DNA of 64,000 nucleotides from NCBI GenBank assembly GCA_963664825.1, contig OY761614.1, positions 3,200,001-3,264,000 of the forward strand, read 5' to 3'. Made by a program: the position numbers and the translations under genes. The notes under the pieces are model-generated. The model was not told the DNA's origin. It worked only from the letters and a program-made list of their open reading frames with translations, and made no database searches. The stretch comes from an uncultured Holophaga sp. Its GTDB lineage: Bacteria; Acidobacteriota; Holophagae; Holophagales; Holophagaceae. Positions 49,777 to 59,224 of this stretch are shown in pieces (the first letter of the stretch is position 1; every line of letters begins with the position of its first letter).

Positions 49777-49799
49777 GTTCCGAGGGATCCTTGCTTCAG

Positions 49800-51152
49800 T
49801 CATTCAGCGCTGCGACTGGGAACCACTTCGATCCGATTACGGCCCTTGTGCTTGGCAGCGTAGAGGGCCTGATCCACGGCGCCGAATAGGGACTGGGCAG
49901 CATATCCCTCCGGCTCGCCCACGCCGAAGCTCATGGTGGGAAAGACGATCTGGGTCGATTCCAGCACGATGGGGTTCTCGTCGATCTTCCGCCGGAGCTT
50001 CTCGGTGACCTCCGCTCCGGCCTGGAGGGTGGTCTCCATGAGCAGGATGGCGAATTCCTCCCCCCCGATGCGGAAGGCCAGATCGGATTTTCGGAGGGTG
50101 CTCCGCATGCCCGCAGCCAGGGAACGGAGCACCTCGTCGCCCACCAGATGGCCGAAGCGATCATTGATGAGTTTGAAGTAGTCCAGATCCCCCAGCACCA
50201 GCACGAAGGTACGGCGATGGCGCTCCCACTGGTTGAACGCGTTTTCGAGATTCTGGTCGAAGGCCCGGCGATTGAGGAGCCCGGTGAGGGGATCGGTCAG
50301 CACTTCATTCCGGAGGGCCGCCGTCTCCATCTCGAGCAGGAGGCGCCGTTCCCGCAGATCGCCGATCTGGTATTGGAATTCCTGCTGGATCCGCTTGCCG
50401 TGAATCCATTCCAGGCCCCGCCGACAGGCGTGGAGCAGCCGCGGCGGTGAGAGGGGGAGGCTCAGCCAATCCATGGCGCCAGCCAGGAGCAATTTCCGCT
50501 GGAGGGCATGGCGGGAGGTCTTCCCCAGCAGGATGACGTAGGGTGAGGACTCGTGCGTCCGCATGGCCTGAAGGGCCTCCAGGGTGCGGGCCCCGGTGGA
50601 ATCCGTGCCCAAGAGCAGGAGCGGCGCCTTGACGCGGCACTGGACTTGAGAGAGTTCCTCGAGAGAGACGGAGGTCAAGGCGAAGCCGAAGTGATCCACC
50701 AGGCCCTGGATCCGCTGTGCCACTTCGGGGGCCAGCCCTGCGGCCAGGAGCGGGACCTTCGGCCCTGTGCTCCGGGTGCTATCAGCCTCCACCGCCGGGC
50801 CCAGGGTGCCCAGGAGACGTTGAATGCTATCCCCCACCAGGATATGACCGTCCACATCGGCGGCCTGAAGCCTGGAGAGTTCCTCTTCCTCGGGGGGCAG
50901 CTCGCAGATCAGGAAGATGGGCAGATTCTGGAAGAGGACTCGGGATTCCCCCCGGAGCAGGGCGCAGAACCGGAAACCATCCATGGGATCCCCGGCGGCG
51001 TCGACCAGGATGACATGGGCCTGGCTCCAGGCCTCGGAGGCCAGCGCGTCCAGATGGTCCTGAACATGCAAGACTCGGTTGCCCGCCCCCTCGAAGGCAG
51101 TCCGCAGACGCTCTACCAAATCAGCGTGCTTCGTGATGGCCAGAATATTCAT
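49800..51152 (-). CDS. Diguanylate cyclase with two degenerate receiver-like domains (PleD-like)
   Basis: DPLTGLLNRR, DLD.FK.IND.FGH.VGD, I-site RKSD, GGEEF and ALY.AK..GRN motifs. Confidence 0.92.
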   Translation of the reverse strand: MNILAITKHADLVERLRTAFEGAGNRVLHVQDHLDALASEAWSQAHVILVDAAGDPMDGFRFCALLRGESRVLFQNLPIFLICELPPEEEELSRLQAADVDGHILVGDSIQRLLGTLGPAVEADSTRSTGPKVPLLAAGLAPEVAQRIQGLVDHFGFALTSVSLEELSQVQCRVKAPLLLLGTDSTGARTLEALQAMRTHESSPYVILLGKTSRHALQRKLLLAGAMDWLSLPLSPPRLLHACRRGLEWIHGKRIQQEFQYQIGDLRERRLLLEMETAALRNEVLTDPLTGLLNRRAFDQNLENAFNQWERHRRTFVLVLGDLDYFKLINDRFGHLVGDEVLRSLAAGMRSTLRKSDLAFRIGGEEFAILLMETTLQAGAEVTEKLRRKIDENPIVLESTQIVFPTMSFGVGEPEGYAAQSLFGAVDQALYAAKHKGRNRIEVVPSRSAE

Positions 51153-51291
51153 TGGGAATCGGGGATTGAAATGATCAATTAAGAGCAGGATAACCGGAAG
51201 GGCGGGCGGGAAAGCCGCGAATCGTCGCCATGAGACCACCCCCAAAAATGATCTCGTCCATTCCGGGTGGGAACGGTATTTACCACCTGGT

Positions 51292-52263
51292 CTATTCCGT
51301 CAGGCCCTGCTCCCCCAACCAGCGTTCGGCATCAACAGCGGCCATGCACCCGCTGCCCGCCGCCGTGATGGCTTGGCGGTAGACGTGGTCCTGTACATCC
51401 CCGCAGGCAAAGACTCCGGGGATATCCATCCGGCTCGAGCCCTTCTCGACCACCAGGTATCCGCCCTCATCCAGGGAAAGCTGTCCCTGGAACAGCTCCG
51501 TATTGGGTTTGTGGCCGATGGCCACGAAGAGGCCCTCCACGGGCAGTTCCGAGATCTGCCCATCCAGGGTGTCCCTGAGCCTGAGGGCGCGGATCTTCTC
51601 CACCTTGTCGCCCATGGGGGTCTCGACGGTGGTGGTGAGGATATCGTCGACCACCTTGTTCCAGCAGAAAGTCAGTTTCTCGTTTTTCGCGGCCCGCTCC
51701 TGCATGGGCTTGGAGGCCCGCAGCTTATCCCGGCGGTGGATGAGGTGGACCCTGGAGGCAAACTTCGTGAGGTAGATGGCCTCTTCCAGGGCCGTATCCC
51801 CTCCGCCCACCACTGCGATCTCCCGGCCGCGATAGAAGAATCCATCGCAGGTGGCGCAGGCCGAAACGCCGCCGCTGCGGGAGAGCCGCTCGTCCTTGCC
51901 GATGCCCATCCATTTGGCCGAGGCTCCGGTGGCGATGATCACCGCGTCGCTGGTGTATTCCCCCTGGTCGGTGGTGATGCGGAAGGGGTGCTCTTGGAGA
52001 TCCACCTTCACCACGGTCTCGCTCTTGATGACCGCGCCGAAGCGGAGCACCTGCTGGCGCATCTCGTCCATCAATTCAGGCCCCATCACGCCTGCCTTGA
52101 AGCCCGGGAAGTTCTCCACCTCGGTGGTGATGGTCAGCTGGCCGCCCGGTTGGGCGCCCTCGAAGATCACCGGGGAAAGGTTGGCGCGGGAGGTATAAAT
52201 CGCGGCCGTATAGCCCGCAGGCCCGGTTCCGATGATGACGACCTTGTGATGGGCAGGGGGCAT
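51292..52263 (-). CDS. trxB: Thioredoxin reductase
   Basis: IGTGPAG, GGQL..T..VEN.PG, CATCDG, VGGGDTA.EEA and RQAITAAG.G motifs. Confidence 0.96.
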   Translation of the reverse strand: MPPAHHKVVIIGTGPAGYTAAIYTSRANLSPVIFEGAQPGGQLTITTEVENFPGFKAGVMGPELMDEMRQQVLRFGAVIKSETVVKVDLQEHPFRITTDQGEYTSDAVIIATGASAKWMGIGKDERLSRSGGVSACATCDGFFYRGREIAVVGGGDTALEEAIYLTKFASRVHLIHRRDKLRASKPMQERAAKNEKLTFCWNKVVDDILTTTVETPMGDKVEKIRALRLRDTLDGQISELPVEGLFVAIGHKPNTELFQGQLSLDEGGYLVVEKGSSRMDIPGVFACGDVQDHVYRQAITAAGSGCMAAVDAERWLGEQGLTE

Positions 52264-52352
52264 GGCACAACCTCGGACGGCTCTGGGACAAGGAGTTGGG
52301 AAGCAAAGCCCCAGAGCAGGTCATTCTAGCCCTGCTCGATCGGGCCTGAGTC

Positions 52353-52868
52353 TCAGGAGAAGGTGACCCAGAGCGAAAAAGCCTCTCCACCCATGGAGGT
52401 CTCGGTGGTGTCCACCACGAAGAACACGGCATGCCCTTCGGCTTTCGGGTTGATGTAACTGGCCTCAGGGTTGCCCGTGGGAATCCTATTCTGGAGCATG
52501 CCCTGTTCCTGCTCGCCCCAGTGGTTCATGGCTCTGACCCGGAACCAGCTCTCGTGAAGCCCCTTGAGACGGACCTTGACGGTGGCCTTGGGGGGGACTT
52601 CGATCCGGTAGGCCTTCCAGCCCGGCAGATCGTCCATCGTATCCTGGACTTGCAGGGGGCCTGCCGGAAGGCCGACGGCGGGGATGCTGCCCGTCCTGGC
52701 GGATTTGCGCAGGGCCATCTGGATAGGGTCACTGCCCGGGCCTCCTGCGGGATCCGGGCTCCTGGGCGCAAGGGGACCCGGCACCTGGGGCAGGGCTTTC
52801 CCGTCCACCACCGGAGGGACCGGGGAGGCCTGCAGGACACAGAGCAGGAAGATCGGGAGCAGGTGCAT
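52353..52868 (-). CDS. Hypothetical exported protein
   Basis: RBS GGAGG, hydrophobic signal-like N-terminus, Pro-rich linker, beta-rich C-terminal domain. Confidence 0.6.
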   Translation of the reverse strand: MHLLPIFLLCVLQASPVPPVVDGKALPQVPGPLAPRSPDPAGGPGSDPIQMALRKSARTGSIPAVGLPAGPLQVQDTMDDLPGWKAYRIEVPPKATVKVRLKGLHESWFRVRAMNHWGEQEQGMLQNRIPTGNPEASYINPKAEGHAVFFVVDTTETSMGGEAFSLWVTFS

Positions 52869-53059
52869 GGTGCCTCCAGTGTGGAACCTCAATATGCGGC
52901 AAATCAGGCCGGGAGGGCAGGGGCGGACCTATCCAGGGGGGGCTGAGCCAAATACACTCAAAGGATGGTCCAACGAGGCTCCGCGCACGAACCCCATACT
53001 CCCTCGGCCCCCTTGCCCGGGTCCGAACTCTATACCCAGAGCTCCCTGGTCCTCGGCGC

Positions 53060-54736
53060 ATGAATTCCCGCCCCTGGCACCTCCGTCGCGCCATCCTTCC
53101 CGGAAAGGAACCCTGGGCGCCGCTCCAGAGCGCCTTCGGCCTATCGAGGGAGGCCGCCCGCCTCGCCTGGCTGCGGGGCGAAGATACCGTCGAGGCCCTA
53201 GCGTGGCGGATGAGCCCCGAGTGGTCCAAGACCTTCGATCCCTTCCTGCTCCAGGGCATGCCCCAGGCCGTGGCGCGGATCCGGCGCGCCCTCCGGGAGG
53301 GCGAGCGCGTGGTCGTCTACGGCGACTACGACGTGGATGGCGTCACCGCCACGGCCCTGCTGGTGAGGGTGCTGGAGAAGCTGGGGAGAAAGCCCGAATT
53401 CTTCATTCCCAACCGCTTCAACGATGGATATGGCCTGCATCTGGACTGCATTCGGGAACTCCTGCAGGCCGGAGGTCCGGGCCTGTTCATCTCGGTGGAT
53501 TGCGGCATCCGTTCCTTGGAGGAAGTTGCCGAAAGCGCCCAACTGGGCATCGATTGGATCATCACCGATCACCATGCCACGGGTCCGGCCCTGCCTCCGG
53601 CCATCGCCGTCCTCCATCCCTCGCTGGGAGAGCAACCCAATGGCTCCCTGGCGGGTGTGGGGGTGGCCTTCAAGCTGGGGCAGGCCCTGCTGGACGCCGT
53701 GCCGACCCCGAAGGATGGGGATATCCCCTTCCTGGACGGGCTGCTCAAGCTGGTGGCCCTGGGCAGCATCGCCGATATGGTGCCCCTCAGAGGCGAGAAC
53801 GCACTGCTGGTCAAGCGCGGGCTTCGGGCCCTTGGATCGGCCAACGGTCCTGGGCTCCGGGAATTGTTCAAGGTGGCCCGAATCGAAGGGATCCCCAAGG
53901 CCTCCGAGATCGCCTTCGGGGTCGCACCGCGCCTGAATGCGGTGGGCCGGATGGGGGCGGCCGAGGATGCCGTCCGGCTGCTGCTGACCCGGGATCCCGG
54001 GGAAGCCAAGCGCCTCGCCGAACAGGTGGAATCCCTCAACCAAGCCCGCAAGGAGGTGCAGGCTGAACTCCTCGCATTACTCCCGGCCCCGGATGGGGAG
54101 GCCTTCGACCTGGTCATTTCCAACGGGGCCCACAAGGGCGTGCTCGGCATCGTAGCGGCTCAGCGGATGAGGGAAAGCGGTCTTCCCACGGGGGTGGGGA
54201 CGACGTTCGAAGGCCTGTCCCAGTGTTCCCTCCGGGCCCCGGAGGGCTTCGATCTCACCGAACTGCTCGTCCTGGCTCAGCCCTTCCTACGCTCAGGAGG
54301 TGGCCACCGAGCCGCCGCCGGTATTACCTTCGAAATCTCGCGCCTTTCCTTCGTGCGGCAGGCGCTCTCCCGGGGAGCCGCCCTCCAGGCCGCCCACCGG
54401 GTCATCCGGGGGTTGGCGGTGGATGGCCTGGGGGATGGGGAAATCCCCAGGGCCGAAGAGCTGAGGGCCCTGGAACCCTTCGGTCAGGATTTCCCGGAGC
54501 CCCTGGTGGCCCTGGAGGGCCGATTGTTTGAACCTAGTCGAGCCTTCGGAAAGGGTCATCGGAAGTTCAGTCTGGAGGGCATCCCGGAGGGCTTCATCTG
54601 GTTTTTTGGCGAGGAACAGGCGTCCCTGCTCGAAGTGGGCCAGACCCTGCGCCTGGCCGCCTCCCCCCAGGATCATCCCCGCTGGGGCCGGTCCTGGAGG
54701 GTGGACACCTTCCTGGGTCTAGAGGAGGTCCCATGA
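53060..54736 (+). CDS. recJ: Single-stranded-DNA exonuclease RecJ (DHH family)
   Basis: YGDYDVDG, P.RF.DGYG, VDCG, ITDHH, PRLNAVGR, GGH..AAG and LEPFG motifs. Confidence 0.9.
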   Translation: MNSRPWHLRRAILPGKEPWAPLQSAFGLSREAARLAWLRGEDTVEALAWRMSPEWSKTFDPFLLQGMPQAVARIRRALREGERVVVYGDYDVDGVTATALLVRVLEKLGRKPEFFIPNRFNDGYGLHLDCIRELLQAGGPGLFISVDCGIRSLEEVAESAQLGIDWIITDHHATGPALPPAIAVLHPSLGEQPNGSLAGVGVAFKLGQALLDAVPTPKDGDIPFLDGLLKLVALGSIADMVPLRGENALLVKRGLRALGSANGPGLRELFKVARIEGIPKASEIAFGVAPRLNAVGRMGAAEDAVRLLLTRDPGEAKRLAEQVESLNQARKEVQAELLALLPAPDGEAFDLVISNGAHKGVLGIVAAQRMRESGLPTGVGTTFEGLSQCSLRAPEGFDLTELLVLAQPFLRSGGGHRAAAGITFEISRLSFVRQALSRGAALQAAHRVIRGLAVDGLGDGEIPRAEELRALEPFGQDFPEPLVALEGRLFEPSRAFGKGHRKFSLEGIPEGFIWFFGEEQASLLEVGQTLRLAASPQDHPRWGRSWRVDTFLGLEEVP

Positions 54737-56478
54737 GGTTCTGGAACCTGCTGAACGCCCGGAACCCGCTCTGGAAATTCCTGGGCTGGGCGATCCTCGG
54801 GGGCGTGATGGTCCTGAGCGGTCTCTTTCTCTACCTCGGCCCGCGCCCGCTGGCGCCGAAGGCGAAAGGCGATATCTTCCGCGGCACCGAAGGGAAGTTC
54901 GGCACCATCACCGAACAGCTGAGCGAGGGCCGGATCTTCATCCTCGACTACGACACGATCGTGGGCGATCAGGAAGACCTGGAACTCTCTCACGTGAGGG
55001 CCCGACTGGAAGAACCCGAGACACTCTGGCGGCTCAAGTCCCCCTCGGGACGCCGTGCCACTGGTCAATGGACACTCCAGGGGCCCATGGCTGTCGAAGC
55101 CAGCGCCGTGCCTGTCGGCACCTTGCTGGGGCAGGGGTCCATGCCGGCCCCGGGGCCGGCCCTGCTCTGGGATCACGGCGTCTGGAAGGGGCTCGCGCCC
55201 CTGGTGTGGCAAGACATGGAAGGGCAGGGCCGGGGGCGCTGGTTCCTGCCGGTGGGTTGGCGCCGGGATCTGGATGGCCGTTTTACCGTGGACAAGGGGC
55301 CCGTGATGTGGGAGGCCACCGATCCCGGCATGGTCAAGCACTTGCAGGCCGAGCGGCTCTGGCTGACCCTGGGCTTCCATGAAGGGCATCTCGAACAGGT
55401 GATGGCCCAGTTGGAGGATGGGAAAATATGGGCCGGCAGCGTGGATCTGGATGCGCGCGCCATCCGGTGGTCGGCGCCGGTCCGCTTCGAACGCAATGAC
55501 GGCTGGCATGGGGATGCCGAAGGGGGAGTCGCCCCCCGGCCCGAAAAGGGCCAGCCCCTCGCCCAGGTCGAGTTGAAAGCCTTCAGGGCCACGCGATCGG
55601 TGAGGGGGGGGGCGGAAAGCCTCCTGGCCGAGGGGGCCCGCTGGTCTCCGGCGGGACTGAGGCTGGAAGGGAATGTGCGCTGGGAGCAGCCCCTCGATGG
55701 GGAGCGTCTCTTCTTGCGCGCACCCCGCGTCCTCATGCGGGAGGGGGCCGGGACGGATCTTCCCGAGGCCCTACCCATCGGGGAAGCCTGGGCGGAGGGT
55801 CAGCCTGTTCTCACCTGGGGGGCCCGGAGCCTCAGCAGCCCCCGCATGCAGGCCCGCAAGGTGGAACGGACCTGGCGTATCCAGGCCCCTGTGATGGGGC
55901 GCGGCGAGCAGGGCACCTTCACCGCCGGCGCAGGCCATGGCTCCCCGGCTCGCTGGGAGTTTGAGGGCCCCGTGAAGGCCAGCGTCCTCAACGGGGGCAC
56001 CCTGCGGGGCAATCGATTGCTCTGGGAAGCGGAGACCTGGACCGTCACGGGCAATCCCGCCACCTGGAACCGAGTCAAGGAAAGGCTCGCCGGGCCTCGG
56101 ATCATTCGGAAGGGCAGCACCATTACCTTCCCGGATGGCGTGAACGGCGCCCTCGTGTCCCTGGAGGGGGATTTCCTGGTCCGGGCAGACCGGGGGGAAT
56201 ATGCAGACCGAGGGGAGCATAAGGCCGGTGAGGTCCTGTTGTCGGGGCGCGTGGAGTGCCAGGGCCGCGGCTGGAGCTTGCATGCGGATCACATCTCGGT
56301 AAGGCTGGGCCCAGGTAATATCGTGAAACAGGTCGGGGCCAAGGGGTCTGTGACATTGCGAGGTCGCATGGGCGAAGGATGGGGCGAATCACTGGAACTG
56401 GATCTCGACCCGCCCAAGGCTCGCTGGCAGGGCCGAGTCCGGGGAGTGGCCGACGTGAAATCCGAGGCAAAACCATGA
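54733..56478 (+). CDS. Membrane-anchored beta-rich protein, probable LptC/LptA-like periplasmic LPS bridge
   Basis: Single N-terminal TM. Repeated L.GNV / L.A..I / A.G.V.L OstA-like patterns. Overlaps the lptB start at the usual lptC-lptA position. Confidence 0.6.
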   Translation: MRFWNLLNARNPLWKFLGWAILGGVMVLSGLFLYLGPRPLAPKAKGDIFRGTEGKFGTITEQLSEGRIFILDYDTIVGDQEDLELSHVRARLEEPETLWRLKSPSGRRATGQWTLQGPMAVEASAVPVGTLLGQGSMPAPGPALLWDHGVWKGLAPLVWQDMEGQGRGRWFLPVGWRRDLDGRFTVDKGPVMWEATDPGMVKHLQAERLWLTLGFHEGHLEQVMAQLEDGKIWAGSVDLDARAIRWSAPVRFERNDGWHGDAEGGVAPRPEKGQPLAQVELKAFRATRSVRGGAESLLAEGARWSPAGLRLEGNVRWEQPLDGERLFLRAPRVLMREGAGTDLPEALPIGEAWAEGQPVLTWGARSLSSPRMQARKVERTWRIQAPVMGRGEQGTFTAGAGHGSPARWEFEGPVKASVLNGGTLRGNRLLWEAETWTVTGNPATWNRVKERLAGPRIIRKGSTITFPDGVNGALVSLEGDFLVRADRGEYADRGEHKAGEVLLSGRVECQGRGWSLHADHISVRLGPGNIVKQVGAKGSVTLRGRMGEGWGESLELDLDPPKARWQGRVRGVADVKSEAKP

Positions 56479-57215
56479 TGGAGACCTCTGAAATCCGCCT
56501 GGAGGCCCGGCACCTCTTCAAGTCCTACGGCGAGCGCACGGTGGTCAGAGGCGTTTCGCTGGAGGTCGCCCCCGGGGAAGTCGTGGGGCTCCTGGGTCCC
56601 AATGGGGCGGGGAAGACCACCACGTTCTACATGGTCGTGGGCGTGGAAGCCCCGGATCAGGGCCGGATCTTCTGGTGGGGCAAGGACATCACCTCCATGC
56701 CCATGCACAGACGGGCTCGCAAGGGCATCGGCTACCTGCCCCAGGAATCGAGCGTCTTCCGAGGCCTGACAGTGTGGGAAAACCTCATGGCCCTGGGAGA
56801 GTTCCAGCCCATCCCCAAAGCCGAGCAGCGGGAACGCTGCGAACGCCTGATGGAGGAGTTCCACCTGCACAAGGTTCGGAATACACTCGGCATGAGCCTC
56901 TCCGGTGGCGAAAGGCGGCGCTGCGAAATGGCCCGGGCCCTGGTCACGAGTCCGAAGATCATGCTCCTGGATGAGCCCTTCGCCGGTGTCGATCCGAAGT
57001 CCGTCATGGAGATCCAGGGCCTCATCCATGATTTAAAGAAGCGGGGAATTGGCGTGCTGATCACTGACCACAATGTGCGGGAGACCTTGCAGATCGCAGA
57101 TCGGGCTTATATCTTGGCGGATGGGATGATCATGAAGCACGGACTGCCGCAGGAAATTGCCGAGGACCCGGATATCCGCCGGGTCTATCTGGGCGACAAT
57201 TTCAGGCTGGACTAG
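56475..57215 (+). CDS. lptB: LPS export ABC transporter ATP-binding protein
   Basis: GLLGPNGAGKTTTFYM, YLPQE.S.FR.L, LSGGERRR, LDEPFAGVDP and ITDHNVRETL motifs. Confidence 0.96.
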   Translation: MMETSEIRLEARHLFKSYGERTVVRGVSLEVAPGEVVGLLGPNGAGKTTTFYMVVGVEAPDQGRIFWWGKDITSMPMHRRARKGIGYLPQESSVFRGLTVWENLMALGEFQPIPKAEQRERCERLMEEFHLHKVRNTLGMSLSGGERRRCEMARALVTSPKIMLLDEPFAGVDPKSVMEIQGLIHDLKKRGIGVLITDHNVRETLQIADRAYILADGMIMKHGLPQEIAEDPDIRRVYLGDNFRLD

Positions 57216-57220
57216 GCGCC

Positions 57221-58795
57221 ATGGCGAATCTCGGTCCCAATCTCTCCCAGCGCCTCTTCCAGAGCCAGACCCTGGCTCTCACGCCGGCCATGCAGCTCAA
57301 GCTGAAACTCTGGCAGATGAACCTGCTGGAGCTCAGCCAGACCATCGAACGGGAACTGGAAGAGAACCCCCTCCTGGAACTGGTGGAGAACGGGGACGAG
57401 ACGCCCACCCTGGAGGCCATCGAGGAGGGGCATGATTCCGAGGTGCTGGAGGAATCGGGCCCCGCGGAAAGCGCGGAGGTGCCCGAAGGGGCCGATACCG
57501 TCGATCTCGGTCCTCTTCCGGATTCCGCTGCGGAGATGAACCCGGAGACCAATCTCGAGGGATTCACTGAAGAAGGGGTCGCCCAGGTCCAGGAAACCGA
57601 TATGGGGGCCGAGAACTCCTGGGACGCCGATATCATTCCCCGGACCAGCAGCCTCCCCGACGATGAACGCTCCAGTTGGGAGGACCGGCTCACCAGTTCG
57701 GAGACCCTGCAGGAGCATCTGCTCTCCCAGCTCTACCAGACCATGGAAGTAGAGGATCCCCGGGCTCCCCTACTGGAGCGCCTCATCGACCACGTGGACG
57801 CCAAGGGCTTCCTCAGGCTGGACCCCGACCAGGGCCAGGAGACTTCCCCCGCCGAGCTATCCCAGGAGCTGGGCATCGAAATCCCCATGCTTCTGAGCCT
57901 CATCGAGACGCTCCAGGAGTTCGATCCCTCCGGTGTCGGCTGCTTTACGGTCAAGGAGAGCCTCCTGCTGCAACTCAACCATGCGGGTGCCGAGCCCGAT
58001 GATCTGGCGGTCCAGATCATCGAGAAGCACTCGGAGCTGCTCTCCCAACGGGATAGTGTCCGGTTGAGGAAGACCCTGGGATGCACCGAGGATGAACTGA
58101 GTGAAGCGCTGATGATTCTTCGTCATCTTCACCCCGCGCCGGGACGGGCCTTCGACCCCGAATCTGAGCGGGTGGTCAAACCCGATGTGGTGGTGCTCAA
58201 GGGGGAGGACGGCAACTGGCGGATCTATCTCAACGATGAGGGCATGCCTCGGCTCAAGGTCAACCGGGAGTACAAGACCTTCCTGGCTTCTGCCGAAGAC
58301 AAGGGCGACAAGGATTTCATCCGCGACAAATACCGCAGCGCCCGGGATTTCATTCGGGGCGTGGAGGACCGGAACCGCACCGTCCTGCGGGTCTCTAAGT
58401 CCATCGTGGAACTCCAGCAACAATTTCTGGAACAAGGGATCGAGAAGCTCCGGCCCATGGTGCTGCGGGATGTGGCCGAGGCTACGGGATTCCACGAATC
58501 CACCATCTCCCGCGTCGTGAAGGCCAAGACGATCCACACGCCTCAGGGCCTCTTCGATCTGAATTATTTTTTCAGCGCCTCACTGGGTTGCTCCAGCGGC
58601 GACGATGTTTCGGCCACCGTGGTCAAACACAAACTCAAGGCGCTCGTGCAGGCAGAGGATGCCTCGAAACCCCTGAGCGACGAGACCATCGCCCGCCTCC
58701 TGGAGCGGGATGGCATCCAGGTCGCCCGGCGCACCGTGAATAAATACCGCGAGGAACTGAAGATTCCTCCAGCTTCCCGCCGTCGGCGCCGATAA
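57221..58795 (+). CDS. rpoN: RNA polymerase sigma-54 factor
   Basis: Gln/Leu-rich region I, ENP.LE, HESTISR and RpoN box ARRTVNKYRE. Confidence 0.96.
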   Translation: MANLGPNLSQRLFQSQTLALTPAMQLKLKLWQMNLLELSQTIERELEENPLLELVENGDETPTLEAIEEGHDSEVLEESGPAESAEVPEGADTVDLGPLPDSAAEMNPETNLEGFTEEGVAQVQETDMGAENSWDADIIPRTSSLPDDERSSWEDRLTSSETLQEHLLSQLYQTMEVEDPRAPLLERLIDHVDAKGFLRLDPDQGQETSPAELSQELGIEIPMLLSLIETLQEFDPSGVGCFTVKESLLLQLNHAGAEPDDLAVQIIEKHSELLSQRDSVRLRKTLGCTEDELSEALMILRHLHPAPGRAFDPESERVVKPDVVVLKGEDGNWRIYLNDEGMPRLKVNREYKTFLASAEDKGDKDFIRDKYRSARDFIRGVEDRNRTVLRVSKSIVELQQQFLEQGIEKLRPMVLRDVAEATGFHESTISRVVKAKTIHTPQGLFDLNYFFSASLGCSSGDDVSATVVKHKLKALVQAEDASKPLSDETIARLLERDGIQVARRTVNKYREELKIPPASRRRRR

Positions 58796-58885
58796 GTTGA
58801 TGGAACCCGGAACCCGGCACATGCACTCAAGGGCAGCAATAGAGTTTCCCCCAGGGCCTTTCGGCCCTTTCATAAGGAGTCCGCG

Positions 58886-59218
58886 ATGAAGGTCATCTTC
58901 ACCGGCCGCCATGTAGAGGTTTCAGAATCGCTCCGCACCTTCGCGGAAGAGCGATTCCTGAAGATGACCCCCTACCTGGACGACATCATCGACGTCCATG
59001 TCACGCTCAGCGTGGAGAAGCACCGGCACCTGGCGGAAGTCTCCGTCAAGACACGGGGTGGCGATTTCCTTGCCAGCATGGAAACAGATGACATGTACGC
59101 GAGCCTTTCCCAGGCCCTCGATAAGCTCGAGACCCAGGCCCACAAACATGCCGGGAAACAACAAGCCAGTGTGAAGACCGGCGCCAAGGAAGTGGTCCCC
59201 GTCGAAGAAACGGAATGA
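58886..59218 (+). CDS. hpf: Ribosome hibernation promoting factor (short HPF/RaiA)
   Basis: M....TGRH.EV...LR and DMYAS...A.DKLE.Q. Located after rpoN. RBS TAAGGAG. Confidence 0.92.
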   Translation: MKVIFTGRHVEVSESLRTFAEERFLKMTPYLDDIIDVHVTLSVEKHRHLAEVSVKTRGGDFLASMETDDMYASLSQALDKLETQAHKHAGKQQASVKTGAKEVVPVEETE

Positions 59219-59224
59219 ATTTTT

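Noticed and set aside
56184..56220. Short tandem duplication (ADRGEY/ADRGEH) in the LptC/A-like gene
   Set aside because: An 18-nt in-frame imperfect duplication with no evidence of function.
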